A stretch of 64,000 nucleotides of DNA from Calditrichota bacterium (GCA_008501735.1 QQUF01000045.1:5735-69734); one strand, 5' to 3'. Counted from the first letter of the stretch, positions 36,501-46,338 are shown. The notes: generated from the sequence alone by a model not told the origin. Program-made: numbers and translations.

Positions 36501-37427
36501 ATAATTAACTCCATTGAATCCGCTAAAAACTAAATTCCAAGTTTCACCATTATCAGTAGATTTGTAAATTCCACTACCTTGTTTTGCTGCGTACCAAGTT
36601 GTAGTATTGTTTGGGTCAAATTCAATGTCTTTGAAAGTTCCTGATTCTTTAGTTGTCCAAGTTGCCGCAGCATCAGTTGATTTTAGAATTCCACCACTTG
36701 TAACAGCAAAAATTGTATTAGAGTTTGTAGGGTCAAAAACTAATTCATAAATTTTTTTATAATTCTGAATATTATAACTTAAACCAGTTGTGTTCCAAGT
36801 ATTTCCTCCATCAATTGACTTCAAAACTCCAATTCCAATTGTTGCTCCGTGGTCTCTGTCACCAGTTCCTATGTACATAATATTTGTGTCATTCGGGTCA
36901 ATCAAAATCCAAGAAATTCCAAGTGTCGGGAAATCGTCAGTCATTGTAGTCCAATTTTGCCCATTATTAGTTGTTTTCCAAAGCCCACCAGAAGGAGTTC
37001 CAACCCAAATCGTATTGTAATCATTTGGGTCAACTGCGATACAATCAACTCTTCCAGCTCCGTGGCTATCACCATTTGGATAAAAAACATTTCCCAAAGG
37101 TCCCATTTCTGTCCAATTTGCAGTGTTGATTTGATTTGTTCCTTTTCCATTTCCAAAATTTAATTTCTTTTGTTGCCAAGCATTCCACAAAACTGTTGGA
37201 TTCGGGAAATCTCCATTTGGCTCAATTCTATCTCGCCAATAATGTTCCCAACGTTTAAACGGTTTCCAACCTTGTCCTTTTCCTGGAGTTTTTCCTTCCC
37301 AATGCTTATTGAACGCTTCTTGAATTTCATAAAAATTAGCATTTCTATCTAAATCTTTCATCCAAGGTTGAGCAAAAAGATTTACCGAAAAAAGTAAGCT
37401 AAGCAAAAGTGATAAAATTATTTTCAT
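33519..37427 (-). CDS. secreted BNR/Asp-box repeat beta-propeller protein with FN3 domains (tandem paralog 2 of 3)
   Basis: 1302 aa; colinear with paralogs 1 and 3; long nucleotide tracts identical to paralog 3. Confidence 0.8.
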   Translation of the reverse strand: MKIILSLLLSLLFSVNLFAQPWMKDLDRNANFYEIQEAFNKHWEGKTPGKGQGWKPFKRWEHYWRDRIEPNGDFPNPTVLWNAWQQKKLNFGNGKGTNQINTANWTEMGPLGNVFYPNGDSHGAGRVDCIAVDPNDYNTIWVGTPSGGLWKTTNNGQNWTTMTDDFPTLGISWILIDPNDTNIMYIGTGDRDHGATIGIGVLKSIDGGNTWNTTGLSYNIQNYKKIYELVFDPTNSNTIFAVTSGGILKSTDAAATWTTKESGTFKDIEFDPNNTTTWYAAKQGSGIYKSTDNGETWNLVFSGFNGVNYGRIAVDVTGATNPSIVYSLFANPDDMTLFKSVSNGTTWTLVDSAVTSSSQAWYDLHLGVSPTDENIVLVGVIENFRSVDGGSTWTLNNQLINNFQSNVHVDNHTVVWVDSSTVLIGSDGGVYKSVNAGVSYENINGDIAIRQLYRIGVSKMTPEMVLAGAQDNGNAKVENGVWTNISGADGMECAVDPTDPNIIYFSFQLGYFKKSTDAGTTHVAINNGINEDSPWVTPFIINPYNTNELFRTTNRVYKSTDQGANWFPISDNFGIGRLTSLALANSNQDVIYTANFHTILKTLDGGNSWTDISSNLPLHSITYIAVHPTDENIVWVTMSGFTSSSGEKVFKTTNGGLSWTNISGNLPDMPVNCIAVDPVFPNQVYIGTDLGIFLSTTGGGNWQDFSNGLPNVVVNEIEIHYPSGKIRAATYGRGLWESNLESFSNSAGIILTNDVTLSLQPNGFANKNISLINGTLGAALSYNSTLINSPTWASISPQNGLLVGITNEILTLSLDATNLTNGNYNTTLELTTSDQTNPVINIPVNLTVDPNAGNSPNPPTNLFLLATSTSDIYTFWADQSNDELGFIIERSKNENSGFTVVDSVDANITTFVDTNLEVATKYFYRVTAYNATGNSHYTNTLSATTLDDVPQAPTNLIGDTPNSLQVKLSWTDNSDNETNFVIERKVDNIWSSFTEIGSVEANKLTFSDNNLVEGVSYIYRVKAINSIGSSVYSNQITVVPIDNTTTLPINEGFENSPLGEWWKFETSSTFGQIQVTNTLGLPTHSGNYHLTMDISENLKVSTNSATVEINPENNSNLILSFWWKDFGDENNIEDGIFISNDGENYVLALQLLPESYSGWTEFTVDLSQVANSVGMTISHPFFVRFQQRDNFPISDGDGIAFDDISITSSELLSPQVTLNLVGNDIQLNWNSVLGANFYKIYKSIGNPNFSVNNSNLLGITSTLNFTDQNAFSSENKIFYIVTANTDSTSVPISTSEKLEIQK

Positions 37428-37468
37428 TTTTAAGTTATTTGAGTTTTGAGTTTGATTTTTTGAACTAA

Positions 37469-40400
37469 TTATTTTTGTATCTCCAATTTTTTAGAAATAC
37501 TAATTGGAGCGGTAAGTGAATCCGTGTTTGCTGTAACAATGTAGAAAATTTTATTACCAAGGCTAAATGGATTTGAATCTGAGTAATTCAAATTTTGTGT
37601 TACTCCGACTAAATTTGAAGTACTTGGACTAAAGTTTGGGTTTCCGATACTCTTGTAGATTTTATAAAAATTTGCACCAAGAACTAAATCCCAATTAAGC
37701 TGAATGTCATTTCCAACCAAGTTTAAAGTTACTTGTGGTGGTAACAATTCACTACTTGTAATCGAAATGTCATCAAATGCAAATCCTTCACTGTCAGAAA
37801 TTGGAAAGTTGTCTCTTTGCTGAAATCTAACAAAAAATGGGTGCGAAATAGTCATTCCAACAGAATTAGCGACTTGGCTCAAATCTACTGTAAACTCTGT
37901 CCAATCAGAGTAATTTTCCGGAAGCAATTGCAAAGCTAAAACATAATTTTCACCATCATTACTAATAAAAATTCCATCTTCTATGTTATTCTCATCACCA
38001 AAATCTTTCCACCAAAATGAAAGAATTAAATTTGAATTATTTTCAGGATTAATCTCAAGAGTCGCTGAATTAGTACTATATTTTAAATTCTGACTGACTG
38101 ACATTGTTAAATGGTAGTTTCCACTGTGAGTCGGTAACCCTAAAGTATTTGTTACCAAAATTTGACCATAAGGACTATCTGAATGAAATTTCCACCATTC
38201 ACCCAAAGGAGAATTTTCAAATCCTTCGTTAATCGGTAATGTAGTTGTGTTATCAATCGGAACAACCGTAACTTGATTTGAATAAGCTGAACTTCCAATA
38301 GAATTTATAGCCTTGACACGATAAGTATAAGGAACTCCTTCAACTAAATTATTATCTGAAAACGTCAATTTGTTTGCCTCAACACTTCCAATTTCCGTAA
38401 AACTTGACCAAACATTATCAGTTTTTCTTTCAATTATAAAATTTGTCTCATTATCCGAATTATCTATCCAACTTAACTTTACTTGCAAAGAGTTAGGAGT
38501 ATCACCAATCAAATTAGTTGGAGCTTGCGGAACGTCGTCCAAAGTAGTTGCCGAAAGAGTATTTGTGTAATGTGAATTTCCTGTTGCATTGTAAGCCGTA
38601 ACTCTATAAAAATATTTTGTAGCTGCTTCTAAATTAGTATCTACAAAAGTTGTAATATTTGCATCAACAGAATCTACAAATGTAAAGCCTGAGTTTTCAT
38701 TTTTAGAACGCTCAATAATAAAACCTAATTCGTCATTCGATTGGTCAGCCCAAAAAGTATAAATATCACTTGTAGATGTTGCCAATAGGAATAAATTTGT
38801 TGGAGGATTTGGAGAATTTCCAGCATTTGGGTCAATAGTTAAATTTACAGGAATATTGATAACAGGGTTTGCTTGGTCATTTGTTGTAAGTTCAAGAGTC
38901 GTGTTATAATTTCCATTTGTTAAATTCGTTGCATCTAAACTCAATGTTAAAATTTCATTCGTTATCCCGACCAATAAACCGTTTTGTGGAGAAATTGATG
39001 CCCAAGAAGGAGAGTTTATTAAAGTTGAATTATAGGAAAGAACTGAGCCTAAAGTCCCATTAATTAAATTTATACTTTTGTTCACAAAGCCATTTGGTTG
39101 TAAAGAAAGCGTAACATCATTTGTCAAAGTTATTCCTACCGGGCTTGAGGAACTTTGCAAATAAGATTCCCAAAGTCCTCTACCATAAGTTGCAGCTCTA
39201 ATTTTTCCTGAAGGATAGTGAATTTCAATTTCTTCAACTACAACATTTGGTAAACCATTACTAAAATCCTGCCAATTTCCTCCTCCTGTTGTTGAAAGAA
39301 AAATCCCTAAGTCTGTTCCGATATAAACTTGGTTTGGCAAAAGTGGGTCAACAGCAATACAATTTACAGGCATATCAGGAAGATTCCCTGTAACATTAGT
39401 CCAACTTAGCCCTCCGTTAGTAGTTTTAAAAACTTTTTCTCCACTTGAACTTGTAAACCCAGACATCGTTACCCAAACTATATTTTCATCAGTTGGATGA
39501 ATTGCAATATAAGTAATTGAATTTGTTGGTAAATTAGCACTTACATTAGCCCAAGAATTTCCACCATCTGTTGTTTTTAAAATATTGTAAATATTTGATG
39601 TATAAATTACATCTTGATTTGAGTTTGCAAGTGCAAGTGAAGTCAATCTTCCTATCCCAAAATTATCACTAATCGGAAACCAATTTGCTCCTTGGTCAGT
39701 ACTTTTAAAGACCATATTTGTAGCTCTATAAAGTTCATTTGGGTTATTCGGGTTAATTAAAAATGGTGTTACCCAAGCTCCATCTTGGTTGATTCCATCG
39801 TTTACTGCAAAAAGGTTTGAACCACCGGATATAGATTTCAAAAAATAACCTAATTGAAAACTCACATAAACTATGTTAGAATTTGTCGGGTCAACTGCAC
39901 ATTCCATTCCGTCACCGCCAGAAATACTCGTCCAAACTCCGTTATCAACTTTTGCAGTACCGTTATCTTGTGCACCGCCTAAAATGAATTCAGGGTCAGT
40001 TTTTGAAACACCAAGTCTATAAAATTGTCGAATTCCCAAATCTCCACTAATATTTTCGTAAGTGCTACCACCATTTGTTGACTTGTAAACGCCACCATCA
40101 TTTCCAAGAAGAACAGTATTTCCATCTTCAAAAACACTTGTGTGATAATCTGAGTGCATAAATGTAGAAGTTGGAAAATTTGTTACTTGCTCATTTGTAA
40201 CCCAATTAATACCGCCATCTATGGAACGATAATTTCCAACTACTCCAACGATTACATTATTCTCATCTGTCGGAGAAACACACAAATGTAAATCGTACCA
40301 AGCTTGAGCACTACTTGTTACAGCAGAATCTACAAGAGTCCAAGTTGTTCCGTTAGAAACACTTTTGAACAAAGTCATATCATCTGGGTTTTCGAATAAA

Positions 40401-41377
40401 GAATAAACTGTAGAAGGATTAGTAGCTCCCGAAACATCAACTGCAATTCTACCGTAGTTTACTCCATTGAATCCGCTAAAAGTTGAATTCCAAGTTTCAC
40501 CATTATCAGTAGATTTGTAGATTCCACTACCTTGTTTTGCTGCATACCAAATTGTTGTGTTGTTGGGGTCAAACTCAATGTCCTTAAAAGTTCCTGTTTC
40601 CTTTGTTGTCCAAGTTGCTGCAGCATCAGTGGATTTCAAAATTCCACCACTTGTAACAGCAAAAATTGTATTAGAGTTTGTAGGGTCAAAAATTAATTCA
40701 TAAATTTTTTTATAATTCTGAATATTATAACTTAAACCAGTTGTGTTCCAAGTATTTCCTCCATCAATTGACTTCAAAACTCCAATTCCAATTGTTGCTC
40801 CGTGGTCTCTGTCTCCTGTTGCGATGTACATAATATTTGTGTCATTCGGGTCAATCAAAATCCAAGAAATTCCAAGTGTCGGAAAATCGTCAGTCATTGG
40901 AATCCAATTTTGCCCATTGTTTGTAGTTTTCCAAAGCCCACCTGAAGGAGTTCCAATCCAAATTGTATTTGAATCATTTGGGTCAACTGCGATGCAATCT
41001 ACTCTTCCATTGTTTGGAGCATCTCCATTTGGATAAGCAACGAGAACTTCAGGACCAATAACTGTCCAGTTTGCAGTGTTGATTTGATTTGTTCCTTTTC
41101 CACCAAAAATTGCTTTCTTTTGTTGCCAAGCATTCCACAAAACTGTTGGATTCGGGAAATCTCCATTTGGCTCAATTCTATCTCGCCAAAAATGTTCCCA
41201 ACGTTTAAACGGTTTCCAACCTTGTCCTTTCCCTGGAGTTTTTCCTTCCCAATAATTATTGAAAGATTCTTGAATTTCGTAAAAATTAGCGTTTCTGTCT
41301 AAACCTTCCATCCAAGGTTGTGCAGAAAGGCAATTTGCGAATACAATTAAAATAAAAGCCGTAATAAAATTTTTCAT
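37469..41377 (-). CDS. secreted BNR/Asp-box repeat beta-propeller protein with FN3 domains (tandem paralog 3 of 3)
   Basis: 1302 aa; same architecture; 45 nt downstream of the methyltransferase gene on the same strand. Confidence 0.8.
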   Translation of the reverse strand: MKNFITAFILIVFANCLSAQPWMEGLDRNANFYEIQESFNNYWEGKTPGKGQGWKPFKRWEHFWRDRIEPNGDFPNPTVLWNAWQQKKAIFGGKGTNQINTANWTVIGPEVLVAYPNGDAPNNGRVDCIAVDPNDSNTIWIGTPSGGLWKTTNNGQNWIPMTDDFPTLGISWILIDPNDTNIMYIATGDRDHGATIGIGVLKSIDGGNTWNTTGLSYNIQNYKKIYELIFDPTNSNTIFAVTSGGILKSTDAAATWTTKETGTFKDIEFDPNNTTIWYAAKQGSGIYKSTDNGETWNSTFSGFNGVNYGRIAVDVSGATNPSTVYSLFENPDDMTLFKSVSNGTTWTLVDSAVTSSAQAWYDLHLCVSPTDENNVIVGVVGNYRSIDGGINWVTNEQVTNFPTSTFMHSDYHTSVFEDGNTVLLGNDGGVYKSTNGGSTYENISGDLGIRQFYRLGVSKTDPEFILGGAQDNGTAKVDNGVWTSISGGDGMECAVDPTNSNIVYVSFQLGYFLKSISGGSNLFAVNDGINQDGAWVTPFLINPNNPNELYRATNMVFKSTDQGANWFPISDNFGIGRLTSLALANSNQDVIYTSNIYNILKTTDGGNSWANVSANLPTNSITYIAIHPTDENIVWVTMSGFTSSSGEKVFKTTNGGLSWTNVTGNLPDMPVNCIAVDPLLPNQVYIGTDLGIFLSTTGGGNWQDFSNGLPNVVVEEIEIHYPSGKIRAATYGRGLWESYLQSSSSPVGITLTNDVTLSLQPNGFVNKSINLINGTLGSVLSYNSTLINSPSWASISPQNGLLVGITNEILTLSLDATNLTNGNYNTTLELTTNDQANPVINIPVNLTIDPNAGNSPNPPTNLFLLATSTSDIYTFWADQSNDELGFIIERSKNENSGFTFVDSVDANITTFVDTNLEAATKYFYRVTAYNATGNSHYTNTLSATTLDDVPQAPTNLIGDTPNSLQVKLSWIDNSDNETNFIIERKTDNVWSSFTEIGSVEANKLTFSDNNLVEGVPYTYRVKAINSIGSSAYSNQVTVVPIDNTTTLPINEGFENSPLGEWWKFHSDSPYGQILVTNTLGLPTHSGNYHLTMSVSQNLKYSTNSATLEINPENNSNLILSFWWKDFGDENNIEDGIFISNDGENYVLALQLLPENYSDWTEFTVDLSQVANSVGMTISHPFFVRFQQRDNFPISDSEGFAFDDISITSSELLPPQVTLNLVGNDIQLNWDLVLGANFYKIYKSIGNPNFSPSTSNLVGVTQNLNYSDSNPFSLGNKIFYIVTANTDSLTAPISISKKLEIQK

Positions 41378-41422
41378 TTGAATTTCTTTTGATTGAGTTT
41401 TGTTTGGAAAACTAAATTAAAA

Positions 41423-42031
41423 TCAAACTTTTAACTTAGCAAGAATAAAAAATTCTCTGTCCTTTCGCCTCTCAACAAAATGTTTGTTATTTTCTAATTT
41501 TAAAATTTCGAAATCTTTTTCAAATCTTTCCAAATACTCTTCTTTGCTTCCGCCAAAAGGAGGTCCTTCTTCCGTCAGTGGAAAACTCATCAAAGCCCCA
41601 ATGAAAGTTCCGTTTGGTTTCAGATTTTTACTTGCAGTTTTTATATAACTTTCTCTTTCAGTTGGGTGAATTGCACAAAAGCAAGTGTGTTCAACCCAAA
41701 AGTCAAATTTGTTTTCAAAAGTATAATTTGTAACATCTCCACAAACCAAATTGATTTTTAAATCCAACTCTTCTGCTCTTTCCTGAACGATTTCCAAAGC
41801 CTTTTCAGAGACATCAAGAATTGTTACTCCAAAACCTTTTTGAGCTAAGAAAATTGCGTCATTACCTCTTCCTGCTCCGGGAACAATTGCAGTTTGATTT
41901 TTTCCATCAAAATTTTCAAAGTATTTTACAAAGATTGGTGAAGGCTCACCTAAATCCCAAGGAAAATCGTTTTGTAAGTAGTGGTCGTTCCATTTTTTTG
42001 CAGTCATTTTGAATTCCTTTTGTAAATTCAT
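41423..42031 (-). CDS. SAM-dependent methyltransferase, thiopurine S-methyltransferase (TPMT)-like
   Basis: 202 aa; N-terminal W-rich motif (KKWNDHYLQNDFPWDLGEPSP) and SAM-binding glycine-rich motif (AIVPGAGRGNDAIFLAQKGFGVTILDVS). Alternative start at the second ATG (MTAKKW, 42007). Confidence 0.6.
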   Translation of the reverse strand: MNLQKEFKMTAKKWNDHYLQNDFPWDLGEPSPIFVKYFENFDGKNQTAIVPGAGRGNDAIFLAQKGFGVTILDVSEKALEIVQERAEELDLKINLVCGDVTNYTFENKFDFWVEHTCFCAIHPTERESYIKTASKNLKPNGTFIGALMSFPLTEEGPPFGGSKEEYLERFEKDFEILKLENNKHFVERRKDREFFILAKLKV

Positions 42032-42052
42032 TAAAATTAAAATTAGGAAAAA

Positions 42053-43132
42053 TTGATGGCTGAAAATATTCGTTTTTTAACCCAACACAAAAGAAAAAAT
42101 CCAAAACAAATTCTTTCAGAATTATCTGAGTTTACAAAATCTGATGCCAAACTCGATGTTTATGGAACAGGAGATTTAATTTCCAATTTTGAGAAAAAGA
42201 TTGCTGAACTACTGGGTAAAGAATCCGCAGTTTTTATGCCAAGTGGAACAATGGCACAACAAATCGCACTCAGAATTTACTCCGATTGGAAAAATATTTC
42301 CACTGTTGCCTTTCACCCTTTGTCTCACCTTGAAGTTCACGAACAAAATGCCTACTCAAAACTTCACAACTTAGATTCAGTTTTAGTGGGTGAAAGTAAC
42401 CGAAAGTGGAAAATTGAAGACTTTCAAAAAATCGAAACTGAAATTTCAACTCTGCTTGTAGAGCTTCCACAAAGAGAAATCGGCGGACAACTTCCGACTT
42501 GGGAAGAATTAACTAAAATTTTTAGTTGGGCAAAAGAAAAAGAAATTGCTCTGCACCTTGACGGAGCAAGACTTTGGGAATGCAAACCATTTTACCAAAA
42601 ATCTTACGCAGAAATTTGCGAGCCGTTTGACAGTGTTTACGTTTCGTTTTACAAAATCTTAGGTGGAATTGCAGGAGCAATTTTGGCTGGTTCTGAGGAG
42701 TTGATAAAAGAAGCGAAAATTTGGCAAAGAAGGCACGGAGGAAATTTAATTTCACTCTACCCTTACGTCCTTTCGTCCCAAAAAGGACTTGAAGAGCATT
42801 TACCACAAATTGATTCTTACGTTTCAAAAGCTCAAGAAATAGCGAAAACTTTAAGTAAATTTCCAGAATTAGAACTAATTCCAAATTCGCCACAAACAAA
42901 TATGTTTCACCTTTACTTAAATTTTCCAAAAGAAAAATTAGAATTGGCTTCAAAAAAGATTATCGAAGAAGATAAAATTCAAATTTCAGGTTATTTTAGA
43001 GAGATTTCAAAAGATGAAAAATCAATGTTTGAATTTACAGTTGGGAGTTCAACTTTGAATTTTGAAAAAGATGAAATTGAAAGTATTTTTAGAAAATTAA
43101 TCGAAATTGCAAAAACTGATAGCCTGAACTAA
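42053..43132 (+). CDS. ltaE: low-specificity L-threonine aldolase (PLP-dependent, beta-eliminating lyase family)
   Basis: 359 aa; motifs DVYGTGDLISNFEKKIAELLGKESAVFMPSGTMAQQIALRIY and HLDGARLWE typical of threonine aldolases. Confidence 0.75.
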   Translation: MMAENIRFLTQHKRKNPKQILSELSEFTKSDAKLDVYGTGDLISNFEKKIAELLGKESAVFMPSGTMAQQIALRIYSDWKNISTVAFHPLSHLEVHEQNAYSKLHNLDSVLVGESNRKWKIEDFQKIETEISTLLVELPQREIGGQLPTWEELTKIFSWAKEKEIALHLDGARLWECKPFYQKSYAEICEPFDSVYVSFYKILGGIAGAILAGSEELIKEAKIWQRRHGGNLISLYPYVLSSQKGLEEHLPQIDSYVSKAQEIAKTLSKFPELELIPNSPQTNMFHLYLNFPKEKLELASKKIIEEDKIQISGYFREISKDEKSMFEFTVGSSTLNFEKDEIESIFRKLIEIAKTDSLN

Positions 43133-43166
43133 AAGTCAGACAATCAGAAAATTATGAGGTAAAAAA

Positions 43167-43367
43167 ATGGCAAGAGTAAAGCCTGAAGAAATTATTGAGG
43201 ATTTAAGTTCATTTTTCAAAAGAGCAATGCAAGAAGCAGTGAAAGACACTTTCCCAAATCAAGAAATCGATTCTGATGCACTTTTCAGAAATTTTAAAAG
43301 ACAAGTCAGAAGGCGTTCAGGAAGTTGGCAAAATGTTTCAGACAGGGCTGTTCAAAGTGATTATTAA
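43167..43367 (+). CDS. small hypothetical protein (66 aa)
   Basis: ORF with upstream aggt ribosome-binding-like sequence in an otherwise empty intergenic gap; no recognisable motif. Confidence 0.25.
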   Translation: MARVKPEEIIEDLSSFFKRAMQEAVKDTFPNQEIDSDALFRNFKRQVRRRSGSWQNVSDRAVQSDY

Positions 43368-43482
43368 AAATTAAAATGGAGAATAATTATGAGAATTTTT
43401 TTGTTAGTATTGAATTACCACCCGTTAAGCAAAAAACAACTTTAGAATTAATTTCAATTGAATAAACCAAACTCTAAAATTT

Positions 43483-45081
43483 TTAGTTCGTTCTTAGAAT
43501 TGGAGGTTTTTCATTTAGTTGGTCTAATAATGGTTTATCTCGCTCATAAATATCATTTCTAAAATTCACATTTCCGTTAGAATCAACCCAAGCTGTCCAA
43601 TACAAAAGGTGAACATTTGGCTGTTCTTTTAGTTGCACAGTTTGTGTTTTTCTGGTTTCCACAACTTTGTTAATACTTTCACGATTCCAATTAACTTCAT
43701 CGTTTAAAAAATATTCCGCTAATACTAATGATTCTTGAACTCGAATACAACCTGAGCTAAAAGCTCTTTCATTCTTTGAGAATAATTCTTTTGAAGGAGT
43801 GTCGTGCAAGTAAACGTGAAATTGGTTAGGAAACATAAATTTTACTGCTCCAAGAGCATTTTCAGGTCCTGGAGGTTGACGGTAAGTGTAACCTTTTACG
43901 GCTTTACTATTCCAATCAATTTCAGAAATTTTTATCTGATTGCCTTGATTGTCAAGAACTGATAATTTTTTCTTTTCGAGATAAGAAACATCTTTTTTCA
44001 CTGCGGGCAAAACATCAGCATTTAAAATTCCAGGAGGAACAGTCCAAGTTGGATTTAGAACTAAATACTGCATTTTGGAGCTAAAAACAGGAGTTTTACG
44101 AAACGGCTTTCCGACAATTATTTTATGCGTCCTTATTAACTTTCCATCTTTTATAACTTCTAACTCGAAATTGGCAATGTTTACTTTTAAATAATAATTT
44201 CCAAATTCTTGTTGAAGCCAACGCCAACGTTCCAAATTAGCTTCGATTTGATTAATGCGTTGTTCGAGCGAAATATTTAATGTTGCAATAGTTTTTTTAC
44301 CAATATTTCCATCATCTTCTAACCCATTTCTTTTTTGGAAAAGCTGAATTGCTTTGAAAAGATTCTCGTCATAAAAACTTGGATTTTCGGTAGTCTTGTC
44401 TTTTAAATCTCCGAGAATGAAAAGTCTTTCTCTAATAATTGAAAGGCGTTCGTCGTTTCCATTTTCTTTAATAGTTTCTCCAATTGGAATGTTTGCCCAA
44501 CTCTCATTGGTTTTCTCACGGTAAATTTTGAGTGTTTTCTTAAGGTTTTTATAAATTTCGTGTTTAGGCATTGTTGCTTGGATTGCATTTTTAATATCTC
44601 CTGATTCAATTGCATTTTCCAAAATTTCAAGAGGATTTCCTTCTCGTCTTACAACGTGCCATTCTGCATCAATTGTTTGCGGATTTACTTTTCCCGAAAA
44701 TAAATGTGAAGTGTAAAGCAGAAATGCGTCCGTCAAAAGAATGTCTAATTCAGCCTTTTGAAACTCTGTTTTGGTCGAATTTGTCAAAAACTGTTGCAAT
44801 TTTTCAAAATGATAATCTCTTGGGTTAAGACCTTCTTGGTCAGCTTCTTTAATTGCTGTTAATAATTCAGATGAAGTCTTGGAATTCCAAGCTAATTTGA
44901 AAAATCGTTTCTGATAGAACAGTGAAACAGATTTTGAGCAGTGAATTTGTTCATTCAAAGCACTAAAAGAAACATTTGAGCTGTTTTCAATTTTTAACCT
45001 GACGATTTCATTGCCATTTAAAATTAAAGGAAGAATTAAGATTGAAAACGAAAATGAAAGTATTAAAAAGTATTTATTCAT
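43483..45081 (-). CDS. murein L,D-transpeptidase (YcbB/LdtD-like) with peptidoglycan-binding domain
   Basis: 532 aa; signal peptide; PG-binding-like region (LFQKRNGLEDDGNIGKKT); YkuD catalytic region with HDTP...SSGCIRV motif. Confidence 0.8.
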   Translation of the reverse strand: MNKYFLILSFSFSILILPLILNGNEIVRLKIENSSNVSFSALNEQIHCSKSVSLFYQKRFFKLAWNSKTSSELLTAIKEADQEGLNPRDYHFEKLQQFLTNSTKTEFQKAELDILLTDAFLLYTSHLFSGKVNPQTIDAEWHVVRREGNPLEILENAIESGDIKNAIQATMPKHEIYKNLKKTLKIYREKTNESWANIPIGETIKENGNDERLSIIRERLFILGDLKDKTTENPSFYDENLFKAIQLFQKRNGLEDDGNIGKKTIATLNISLEQRINQIEANLERWRWLQQEFGNYYLKVNIANFELEVIKDGKLIRTHKIIVGKPFRKTPVFSSKMQYLVLNPTWTVPPGILNADVLPAVKKDVSYLEKKKLSVLDNQGNQIKISEIDWNSKAVKGYTYRQPPGPENALGAVKFMFPNQFHVYLHDTPSKELFSKNERAFSSGCIRVQESLVLAEYFLNDEVNWNRESINKVVETRKTQTVQLKEQPNVHLLYWTAWVDSNGNVNFRNDIYERDKPLLDQLNEKPPILRTN

Positions 45082-45760
45082 TGTTTTTTATCAATTTTGA
45101 ATTTTTAAAATATTTGGCTTCAGGGTAATAAATAAAAAGACAAGACTTGTTCTTTAATAAATTTATTACTTCTTTGTGTTTACTCATTGAAATTGCAGGA
45201 CAACCATAACTTCTTCCTAATCTACCATATTTTTTTATAAAATTTTTGTTAACATATTTTGCTCCGTGCATAACAATGCTTCTTTCTCTTGCATTATCAT
45301 TAATTCCTTCTTCCATACCATCTAAATAAAGTGAAAGACCGTGTTTTCCGTAATAAGTTTTACCTGTAACATAAAAACCGAGGCTACTTTTCTTAGATTG
45401 AAGAACATTAGAAAAATTGGTAGCAAACTCATTTCCTGTATTTCTTCCGTGAGAGACAAGAAGATGATGCAATATTTTTTTCTTTTTCAAGTCAATTACC
45501 CACATTCGCTTCTTATTTGAAGACAGACTAAAATCTATTATTGTTAATAAATTTTTGCCTCCTAACAATCCCATTCCTTTGAGTTTAGAATAACCAATCA
45601 TTCCTTTTTCAAAAACCTCAAATTTGGGCTTTTGACTATCAGTTTCAAGACTATTGAAAAGTATTAAGGTTGAGTTTTCCTCATTTTCAATATTTTTGAA
45701 TGAAAACATTAATGAAACTGAGAATAATAAAAATAAATACTGAAAAATTTTTAGTGGCAT
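45074..45760 (-). CDS. L,D-transpeptidase catalytic-domain family protein (YkuD_2-like)
   Basis: 228 aa; signal peptide; VMHGAKYV...GRLGRSYGCPAIS (His/Cys catalytic pair context); overlaps the downstream L,D-transpeptidase gene by 8 nt. Confidence 0.6.
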   Translation of the reverse strand: MPLKIFQYLFLLFSVSLMFSFKNIENEENSTLILFNSLETDSQKPKFEVFEKGMIGYSKLKGMGLLGGKNLLTIIDFSLSSNKKRMWVIDLKKKKILHHLLVSHGRNTGNEFATNFSNVLQSKKSSLGFYVTGKTYYGKHGLSLYLDGMEEGINDNARERSIVMHGAKYVNKNFIKKYGRLGRSYGCPAISMSKHKEVINLLKNKSCLFIYYPEAKYFKNSKLIKNNE

Positions 45761-45843
45761 TGTAATTTTAAAACCTAAAACTTATATGAAAGAATAAAAT
45801 AAAGAACAATTTTCCAAAGTGAACAACATTAATTATGATTGAA

Positions 45844-46338
45844 CTAATTTGCAAAGAGTAATTCACTCATTGCGTAGTAAACTGCCATAAAAGCGGAAAA
45901 GATGCAACTACTCAAGAAACGTCTTTCATTTGAAACTTTGTTTTGAATAAGGTAATTGCCGATAATTGAAATTGGAATTGAGCCAACAAATGAATCCCAA
46001 CCAATTCCCCAAAGTGACGAATTGATTCCTCCAAAGTCTAACGAAATTACTTTTAGGAAAAATAAATGCCTCGTTACCCAAAGTGGATTAAAGTAAGCAG
46101 AGGCAAGTAAAGCTCTGTTCATCAAAGCTTTAAAACTCTTATCAGTTTCTGGAATTTTGTAATTTATCCAATTGAAGAAATTCGGGATTTCAAATGCGTA
46201 AACAGTTCCGCCAATCAAAATCATTCCGAGAAGTCGTGTGAGTAAAAATTCACCTGTCAGAAGACTTGCAACAGAATCACCAATTCCGTAAATCAAAAGT
46301 CCTGTGATGATGTTTTGCTTTGTGTATTCGAGTTTCAA
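45844..46338 (-). CDS. hypothetical integral membrane protein
   Basis: 164 aa, several hydrophobic segments; apparent TTG start, so the start is uncertain. Confidence 0.4.
   Translation of the reverse strand: MKLEYTKQNIITGLLIYGIGDSVASLLTGEFLLTRLLGMILIGGTVYAFEIPNFFNWINYKIPETDKSFKALMNRALLASAYFNPLWVTRHLFFLKVISLDFGGINSSLWGIGWDSFVGSIPISIIGNYLIQNKVSNERRFLSSCIFSAFMAVYYAMSELLFAN

Noticed and set aside
4826-41377. Mobile genetic element or genomic island borders (integrase, transposase, tRNA attachment site)
   Set aside because: No integrase or transposase motif in any ORF, no tRNA gene and no obvious direct repeats at the region boundaries; the accessory character seems to come from paralog expansion rather than a recognisable mobile element.
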